Assembly: GCF_008000775.2 (NCBI RefSeq)
Contig: NZ_CP042905.2
Location: 510,001-542,000, forward strand
DNA from: Promethearchaeum syntrophicum
GTDB taxonomy: Archaea > Asgardarchaeota > Lokiarchaeia > Sigyniarchaeales > Promethearchaeaceae
Reading direction: 5' to 3'
Length of the DNA: 32,000 nucleotides
In this document: positions 25,680 through 32,000 of the stretch, in pieces
Layout: every line of letters begins with the position of its first letter
Numbering within the stretch: the first letter of the stretch is position 1
Program-made: the position numbers and the translations under genes
The notes under the pieces: generated by a model
Told to the model about the DNA's origin: nothing
The model's input: the letters and a program-made list of their open reading frames with translations, nothing else
The model's database searches: none

Positions 25680-26377
25680 TCAGAAATTTTATGAATAAAT
25701 CATAAAAATTGAAGAATTCAGCAAGGACCTCTTAATGAAAAATTAAATAAGGTTCAACGAGTCTTCCCTGTTGATACAAAAACAAGGCAGTGGGGAGTCA
25801 CTGAATTATTCATCATATTTACAGGTGCATCTAAAATTCCAAGGAACCTGTTGAAGTATGGGATTTTTTTTTTCCAAATTTCTATGATAATATTTTTTTT
25901 CAATGATTTCACCAAGAACAACTATAAATTATAAGTTTTTATAGGTAGACGTCTTATTTAAAGTTAATTAATGGATGTTTGAAGTATTTGGATTAATCTA
26001 AATATCACTAGCAAGTGATAACTTAAATATTCTCAAAGAATTTTAATTATCAAATCATCTCTACTTCTAATGGAACACAATTTTAAGAATTGATTCTATC
26101 CGAAAAATTCAATATTCTGCGTCTGTCATGAATGTTGTATCAGAAAGAATCGAACGAAAAATGTTTATTCGATAATAATGTACATGGTATCTACTGCATG
26201 AGGGAGATTTTTAAGACAAAATCCCCTAGAAAATTGATTATTATTTGTGACGGACGCAGATGTAACCATGTTAAAAACACTGTATGTTTCTATAACTATA
26301 ATGTAAGAGATAGGTTAAAAATATAAATTTTACTAATTTATCAATATCTTCTTTTTTTCCCTTGTATTTTACAAGAT

Positions 26378-27253
26378 ATGGATCTACACCCTCAATGTTT
26401 ATCATGTTTGATTGGACAAGTCGAAAAAACATTTCATTTATTACAACCTTCGGTTTCCAATGCTGAAATTGTTGAATTTCAAAAGAAAATCATGATTAAA
26501 CTAGCCCAGATGAATCAAAAGAAAATGCCCTACTATGGACAGGCTTTATATCAATCAATTGCAGACATAATGGGAGAAAAAGATCCATATCGAAAAATAA
26601 AACAACAAAACATCCAAGAAGCATTAAAATACATTCCAACATTAAGAGACCTGATAAACTTATCACCAGATCCTTTACTAACCATAATAATTATTGCAAT
26701 AATTGGGAATACATTTGATTTTGGAACTCCACACAAGATAGATCTCAAAAATGATATACTAAATTTCTCTTTGGAAAACCTGAGCATTAACGATTTTGAT
26801 AGATTCGTAGAAGATCTGGAAAATTCTCATAAAATTTTGATCATTGGGGATAATTCTGCAGAAGCTGTTTTTGATCGAATAATGTTGGAGTATTTTACAG
26901 AAACATTTCCCGATAAACAATTTATTTATTCTATTCGCAGCGGTCCAGCTATAAATGATATTACTAAAAAGGAAGCTGAAGAAATTGGATTATTTAAGGT
27001 GTGTAAAATTATTGAAGGCTCTGCTTCTCCTGGAGTGATTTTTGAACAGGCCAACCAAGAATTTCAAGAAATATTCAAGAATGCCGATTTAATTCTTTCC
27101 AAAGGACAAGGTAATTATGAATCATTAGATGATATAGAATTCATGAAAAAAGATTCAAATCTTTATTTTCTGCTTAAAGCTAAATGTGATTTTGTAGCGA
27201 ATAGATTTGGTGTAGAATTAGGTTCATTAATTTTAAAGAAAAGAGAAAAATAA
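26378..27253 (+). CDS. DUF89 / ARMT1-like damage-control phosphatase family protein
   Basis: The N-terminus is HPQCLSCLIGQ. GDNSAEAVFDRIMLE matches the DNaGExxxD metal motif, and SKGQGNYESL matches KGxxNYE. Confidence 0.7.
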   Translation: MDLHPQCLSCLIGQVEKTFHLLQPSVSNAEIVEFQKKIMIKLAQMNQKKMPYYGQALYQSIADIMGEKDPYRKIKQQNIQEALKYIPTLRDLINLSPDPLLTIIIIAIIGNTFDFGTPHKIDLKNDILNFSLENLSINDFDRFVEDLENSHKILIIGDNSAEAVFDRIMLEYFTETFPDKQFIYSIRSGPAINDITKKEAEEIGLFKVCKIIEGSASPGVIFEQANQEFQEIFKNADLILSKGQGNYESLDDIEFMKKDSNLYFLLKAKCDFVANRFGVELGSLILKKREK

Positions 27254-27288
27254 ATTAAATAAAAAAATCTATATTTTCATTTTACTGC

Positions 27289-28992
27289 TCAATCTCCTAA
27301 TATAATGCCTTCAAATGGCTGAAGAGTTATATTTTGGCCATTTAAAGGTTGACTTGAAATAGATGTTGAGATTATTAGGTGAAAATTCGGTTCTGGGATT
27401 TGAAAAGATACTAATTTATTTCCAAAATTCAAATAAACATGAACGGTTTGTTCATTTCCGTTAAATATTGCAGATCTTGTATAACCCAAGATATTCTTTG
27501 GAATTTTTTTTGCATCTAATAGAGTGATATTCCCTGAATTCAAAGCGGGTGTTTTTTGCCTTAATTTAAGGAACCTTTGATAGCAATAGAACAAAGAATC
27601 TTTGTCTTCAATGGAGTTTTCCACGTTTACTAATTTATAATTCGGATGAACGGGTAACCATGTATCGGTTCGACTCGGTGAAAAACCCGCAGTTTCCGTT
27701 CTATTCCATTGCATCGGTGTACGGCATCCATCCCTATGTATTGCATAATTTGTTATTTTTAATAGTAAATTTCGGATAATACGAGGGAATTTTTTAAATT
27801 TAAAAGATACCGCATCAAGAGATTTTTCTAACGGTAGGAAATTCTGTCTCATGGCAATTTCTTCTCCATAATATATTGTAGGGACACCTCTGACAGTTAA
27901 TTGAAATGCCGTGTTAATTTTTGCTTTTTCAATTGCCCCTTGTTCTTTAAACCGTGAAATACGCCGAATAATGTCATGATTTGAGAAAACCCATGTCGGA
28001 ATATAAGGATCTGGGAAATATTTTTCAAAATCCTTGATTAACTTACGAAAATTTTTCGCCGTTAGTTGAGCTCCCATTGATTCGAATAAAAATACCAAAT
28101 TTAAACCATCAGGTGAATCTTTTCCACAAAAATTCCGTAATTCTTCTCTGGATCCAGAAACCTCACCTAATAAAAATCTGGGAGGATCAGTAAATTCATC
28201 AATGACTTCTCGTAGGTCCTTTGCAAATTCATAATTATCTGGGTAATTTGTTGTATATTTTGAAGATCTAAACAGCATATCCATTGATTCATCTGAAGGA
28301 ATTAATTTCCAGCTCAGAGGATTATCTCGGAATTTTGGATCTTCATAAACAGCCCCTAAAATATCTAATCTGAATCCATCTACACCTTTTCTCAACCAAA
28401 ATCGAATCATTTCCATCATATTTTCTTTAACATCTGGATTTCTATAATTCAGATCTGGTTGAAATGGTAAAAATGAAGCCCAATACCACTGATCTGTATG
28501 CGAATCATAATGCCAACCACTACCAGTTACATAAGATTTCCAATTGTTTGGAGGCGCTTTTCCAAATGGTTTTTTCCCATCTTTCCATACATACCAATTT
28601 CTTTTTGGATTATCTCGACTCTTTTTCGATTCTATAAACCATTTATGTTGAGCACTTGTATGATTTAACACCAAATCCATTACAATTTTCATCTTTCGAT
28701 TATGAATGTTTTTAACAAGGTCATCAAAATCATTCATCGTTCCATACTCAGGAGCAATATTTAGATAATCTGAGATATCATATCCAAAATCCCCTTGTGG
28801 GCTGGAATAGAAGGGAGAAAACCAAATTGTTTCAACTCCCAAATCTTGGATATAATCCAATTTAGAAATAATTCCCTTTAAATCACCAATTCCATTTCCC
28901 GTACTATCTTTGAAAGATCGAGGATAAATTTGATATATTGTTGTTTTTTTCCACCACGGAATCTTTTTTCCATTTAGCTTATTTTTTTCCAA
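27289..28992 (-). CDS. GH13 alpha-glucosidase / oligo-1,6-glucosidase-type enzyme
   Basis: WWKKTTIYQIYPRSFKDSTGNGIGDLKGIISKLDYIQDLGVETIWFSPFY is the characteristic N-terminus. Region I is VMDLVLNHTS. Region II, with the nucleophile Asp, is GVDGFRLDILG. GEVSG carries the acid/base Glu, and region IV is FSNHD. The track start is a TTG codon. Confidence 0.85.
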   Translation of the reverse strand: MEKNKLNGKKIPWWKKTTIYQIYPRSFKDSTGNGIGDLKGIISKLDYIQDLGVETIWFSPFYSSPQGDFGYDISDYLNIAPEYGTMNDFDDLVKNIHNRKMKIVMDLVLNHTSAQHKWFIESKKSRDNPKRNWYVWKDGKKPFGKAPPNNWKSYVTGSGWHYDSHTDQWYWASFLPFQPDLNYRNPDVKENMMEMIRFWLRKGVDGFRLDILGAVYEDPKFRDNPLSWKLIPSDESMDMLFRSSKYTTNYPDNYEFAKDLREVIDEFTDPPRFLLGEVSGSREELRNFCGKDSPDGLNLVFLFESMGAQLTAKNFRKLIKDFEKYFPDPYIPTWVFSNHDIIRRISRFKEQGAIEKAKINTAFQLTVRGVPTIYYGEEIAMRQNFLPLEKSLDAVSFKFKKFPRIIRNLLLKITNYAIHRDGCRTPMQWNRTETAGFSPSRTDTWLPVHPNYKLVNVENSIEDKDSLFYCYQRFLKLRQKTPALNSGNITLLDAKKIPKNILGYTRSAIFNGNEQTVHVYLNFGNKLVSFQIPEPNFHLIISTSISSQPLNGQNITLQPFEGIILGD

Positions 28993-29052
28993 ACTAATCG
29001 AATAACCAAAGTTTTTTTATTTTAAAGATATTTCTCATATTGTGATTTTTTT

Positions 29053-29640
29053 ATGAAAAAAACCCTATTAAATGTACTACAAGCCTATGTCGGCGAATGT
29101 CAAGCTAGAAATCGATACGATTTTTATGGTAAAGTTGCTAAGAAAGAAGGCTATGAACAAATTGCTGCGTTATTTTTTGAAATTGCGAAGCAAGAAAAGA
29201 CCCACGGAAAAAATTTTTTCCGGATGTATCAACGTCTCCGTAAAGAATTAAATGAACCAGAAATTGAAATTTATCTAGATAAAGTTCACGTACCTACTGT
29301 TTTCGAAACAACAATAGAAAATCTCAAAGCCGCAATTGAAGGTGAGCATTTTGAGAATAGTGAACTCTACCCGGGGTTTGCGAAAATAGCAGAAGAAGAA
29401 GGATTTCCTAAAATTGCTGTGCAAATTCGCGGAATTGTAAAAGCGGAAGAACATCATGAGGAAATCTATACCAAACTCTTAAAGGAATTAGAAGCCGGGA
29501 CAATCTTTAAAAAAGATGAGCAAATTTGGTGGGTGTGCCGTGAATGCGGGTATATTCATTATGGAAAGGAAGCCCCAAATAATTGTCCTTCATGTGATCA
29601 TCCCCAATCATATTTTCAACGAAAATCAGAAGAATTTTAG
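29053..29640 (+). CDS. rbr: rubrerythrin
   Basis: The di-iron four-helix ligands are ECQARNRY, EKTHGKNF, EGEHFE and AEEHHEE. The C-terminal rubredoxin-like motif is CRECGY...CPSCDHP. Confidence 0.9.
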   Translation: MKKTLLNVLQAYVGECQARNRYDFYGKVAKKEGYEQIAALFFEIAKQEKTHGKNFFRMYQRLRKELNEPEIEIYLDKVHVPTVFETTIENLKAAIEGEHFENSELYPGFAKIAEEEGFPKIAVQIRGIVKAEEHHEEIYTKLLKELEAGTIFKKDEQIWWVCRECGYIHYGKEAPNNCPSCDHPQSYFQRKSEEF

Positions 29641-29656
29641 TCTCTTTTTCTTTTTT

Positions 29657-30868
29657 TTACCCAGTAGTAAATATTAGAATGAGAATCCATGTTACTGCTC
29701 CTGTAAAAATCCCATTCAAAAGATTATCGCAAATTAATTTACTAAACATATCAACCAGTGCAAAGATGATTCCACAAACAAGTGCAATTAATATCAGAAT
29801 GAAGTTAGATAGACCCAAAACTGGAAACAACTTTAGTAACCCAATAGTACCAATAACTGTTGTTAAGACACCAGCAATAAGTCCTTCAAAAGATTTCTGA
29901 GGAAAATTACCAATTGTCATTTTGTGGTTACCAAAATATTTCCCCACAATTGAAGCAACAGCATCCCCAATACAGCTAACCCAAGCAGTTATAATTAGAA
30001 CTTGAATTGGGAATACTGGATGAATCCAAATCATATTTGCAAGAAGTATGGTTGTCGCGCCATTTACTGTCCATCTTTCCTTTTCTGGTTCTAATGATTT
30101 TTCAAACCAACGCCACCCCCAACGAGGTAAATATTCCCAATGGGTGATTCGGGTCATATCTCCAACCATCATCATAATCCAGAAGAACCCCGCGACCAAA
30201 AAATAAATAAAATTTCGAAATTCTATAAATGATACATTCCAATCACTATTATTTTTCACTATGGATTCACTAATGAAATGAAATGAAATAATTCCAATGA
30301 ATTGCATAAAATGCAGCAATTTCCGAGAAAAATCTTTAAATCGGTCCTTTTTTGTTCCAAGTTCAACTGAATTATATTTGTCATCAATTTTTTCTAAAAA
30401 TTTTTCATAAGTATTTTCATTCCTGTATTCTGGATTTTTTTTTGATTTTATGTAATTGGGAAGTACATTAAACCCCCAGAAAAATATTATTAACGCCGAA
30501 AAGCTGATTATGTGAACTAAATATAGAATATTAGATATTTCTGAAGACTCTGAAACCATAGTGAGAATGTAGTATCCAATAATAAAAAATATGATGCTTT
30601 CTACTATTTCTGAATTACGAACATTTCCCTTAACTGGATTATTCCACCATTTAATGGTATGAAGTAAAAGAATAATCCCCATTATCCAAAAAAACAACGC
30701 ATCTATCCATGCCCAAATGATCATAACTATCACAAAGTGCTTTCTATTATATAATACAGAAAAGGCAATTAATGTTAAGAATAAAACGAAAATTAAAAAA
30801 AAAATAATAGGAAAACGAAAATTACTGTTATTACAATGGATATTGTTGAGTAACCCCGAATCCACCAA
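29657..30868 (-). CDS. polytopic membrane protein with a C-terminal dolichol/polyprenol kinase-like (CTP_transf_1 family) domain
   Basis: The C-terminal 130 aa contain CIGDAVASIVGKYFGNHK...QKSFEGLIAGVL...DNLLNG, matching the GDxxAxxxGxxxG / K(S/T)xEG pattern of dolichol and phytol kinases. The N-terminal 250 or so aa form an extra multi-TM region. Confidence 0.55.
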   Translation of the reverse strand: MVDSGLLNNIHCNNSNFRFPIIFFLIFVLFLTLIAFSVLYNRKHFVIVMIIWAWIDALFFWIMGIILLLHTIKWWNNPVKGNVRNSEIVESIIFFIIGYYILTMVSESSEISNILYLVHIISFSALIIFFWGFNVLPNYIKSKKNPEYRNENTYEKFLEKIDDKYNSVELGTKKDRFKDFSRKLLHFMQFIGIISFHFISESIVKNNSDWNVSFIEFRNFIYFLVAGFFWIMMMVGDMTRITHWEYLPRWGWRWFEKSLEPEKERWTVNGATTILLANMIWIHPVFPIQVLIITAWVSCIGDAVASIVGKYFGNHKMTIGNFPQKSFEGLIAGVLTTVIGTIGLLKLFPVLGLSNFILILIALVCGIIFALVDMFSKLICDNLLNGIFTGAVTWILILIFTTG

Positions 30869-31475
30869 ATTTTGATGAATTATATTCGGCCATATATGCT
30901 TTTCCTACTTTACTATAAGCAACAGGCATTGCAATAATTGCTAAACCACAACATATAGACACAGCGGTTGCAATCTTCATCCATTTATAGCCTTCAGAGA
31001 TATTTTTCATTTCCGGAGTTGGTAACAGTTGTTCCATCTTCAATGCCCATTTTTCTAGTTCCATAAAGACCAAGATGTTGAGAATAAAAGTCACAATCGC
31101 TAATCCACAAAATTGTAGGATAAAGCCAATTAATAAATATTGGTAGACTTTCTCGAAAATTGGATCTGCAGTAGCATCTCTGATATTTTTTACAGAACCC
31201 AAGTATTGCCAATACATTACCAATGATATAATTCCAATACACGAGAAAATTAACCCGAAAAGGCCTAAAACACTGAAAAATACAATCATTGCAATATCAT
31301 CTTGCACAATTCCCCAGACAATTCCCGCTACTAATATAAAAAATCCACATACAAGTCCTGTTCCTAAAATAATCCACATCCATAAACTATATTTCTTCAT
31401 CTTTGCCCCCAATTCATAGAATAACTCTGGTATTTGAGGTGCTTCTTCATAGGTGCCTGTGTTTTCTTCTGTCAT
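30831..31475 (-). CDS. membrane protein, unknown function
   Basis: 214 aa with 5 hydrophobic helices. Its 3' end overlaps the start of 29657..30868 by 38 nt, which suggests co-transcription. Confidence 0.5.
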   Translation of the reverse strand: MTEENTGTYEEAPQIPELFYELGAKMKKYSLWMWIILGTGLVCGFFILVAGIVWGIVQDDIAMIVFFSVLGLFGLIFSCIGIISLVMYWQYLGSVKNIRDATADPIFEKVYQYLLIGFILQFCGLAIVTFILNILVFMELEKWALKMEQLLPTPEMKNISEGYKWMKIATAVSICCGLAIIAMPVAYSKVGKAYMAEYNSSKFGGFGVTQQYPL

Positions 31476-31667
31476 ATAATTTTCACCATAAAAAAAAAAC
31501 CAATTAAATTTTTAGAAATCTCTAAAAACGTTTATGTTTAATTTTAGTTTACTATCAATTTGTAGATTTTAAAAGGTTTAGGTTTTTTCTATAGAAATTC
31601 ACTATTTTCACTTTTTAAGATAGGTTAAATAAAATAAGAGAAAGTAAAAAAAGGAATAAGTGGATAT

Positions 31668-32000
31668 TTATATGGATTTTCCACATACTTCACAAAAAAC
31701 TGTTCCTTTCGGATTTTCTGCTCCACAATGTTGACAACGAGCTATATCTTCGACTGGTTTATAGGTTTGACTCGCGGGTGTTGGTTGATGTGAAGGAGAA
31801 TCTGCATAAGATTTCCCGCACTTTCCACAGAATTTCCCTGCTAAATGTTTAGGCGTTGTCACTCCACAATGTGGACAGGTTATACCTTCTGATTGCTGTG
31901 GAATTGGTTGAGTTCTTGGTGGTTGTTGGGTTTGTGTTTGAGGCTGTGGTGCTCCGTAAGATTGAGTGGGGGCAGGTGCAAATCCTTGACCCAGAGATAT
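31668..32000 (-). CDS. double zinc-ribbon protein with a Pro/Gln-rich linker, 5'-truncated by the window edge
   Basis: The track 'M' at 31862 is an internal GTG. The frame stays open to nt 32000: ISLGQGFAPAPTQSYGAPQPQTQTQQPPRTQPIPQQSEGITCPHCGVTTPKHLAGKFCGKCG...CQHCGAENPKGTVFCEVCG. It contains four CxxC pairs. Confidence 0.6.
   Translation of the reverse strand: MSLGQGFAPAPTQSYGAPQPQTQTQQPPRTQPIPQQSEGITCPHCGVTTPKHLAGKFCGKCGKSYADSPSHQPTPASQTYKPVEDIARCQHCGAENPKGTVFCEVCGKSI

Noticed and set aside
25796-25830. Possible C/D-box sRNA: ATGATGA (C box) on the minus strand at 25810-25816, and CTGA on the plus strand at 25801-25804
   Set aside because: No properly spaced D'/C'/D boxes are present. The nearest minus-strand CTGA is about 100 nt away, and there is no terminal stem. 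The isolated heptamer is expected by chance.
26132-26326. 64-aa ORF in the large intergenic region
   Set aside because: It has no motif and odd composition. It sits where the promoter of the DUF89 gene should be and is probably non-coding.
1-32000. Search for CRISPR arrays, IS elements or transposases, integrases, rRNA and toxin-antitoxin pairs
   Set aside because: I noticed no regularly spaced direct repeats, no DDE/tyrosine/serine recombinase motifs in any ORF, and no rRNA-like conserved stretches. The only repeats found are the diverged local duplications reported above.

Overview
Visibly AT-rich, gene-dense segment that reads as archaeal. It has a tRNA gene interrupted twice, TATA-like boxes about 20-35 nt upstream of starts, oligo-T tracts after genes, and frequent GTG/TTG starts. 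The mix of eukaryote-like repeat and membrane families (LRR+ankyrin, FG-GAP/integrin-like propeller, MOT1-type transporter, DUF89/ARMT1, dolichol-kinase-like) suggests an Asgard (Lokiarchaeia-like) genome; that lineage call is inference only. I support about 30 protein-coding genes: aldo/keto reductase, LigB-like dioxygenase, GH13 alpha-glucosidase, rubrerythrin, subtilisin, SDR, methyltransferase, hotdog thioesterase, two MFS transporters, acyltransferase_3 and several membrane or hypothetical proteins. There is one tRNA-Tyr(GUA), two gene fragments or pseudogenes, and several diverged local duplications. I see no CRISPR array, transposase, integrase or rRNA. The most promising leads are listed here. 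(1) A tight minus-strand cluster at 7320-9588: a radical-SAM/twitch-like enzyme with a non-canonical CX7CX3C cluster motif, an isochorismatase-like hydrolase and an unrecognisable 238-aa protein. (2) A direct duplication of a small OB-fold-like gene, one copy frameshifted, bracketing a MOT1-type transporter and a bPH_2 protein. (3) A roughly 429-bp tandem duplication of the promoter plus 5' codons of the acyltransferase gene, which creates a 49-aa sORF. (4) A head-to-head junction of two 5'-truncated genes near 4015-4095. (5) A 58-nt tRNA-like three-way-junction element just upstream of an MFS transporter, inside a 785-bp gene-free region. All functional calls come from motif recognition by eye and no database search was run.
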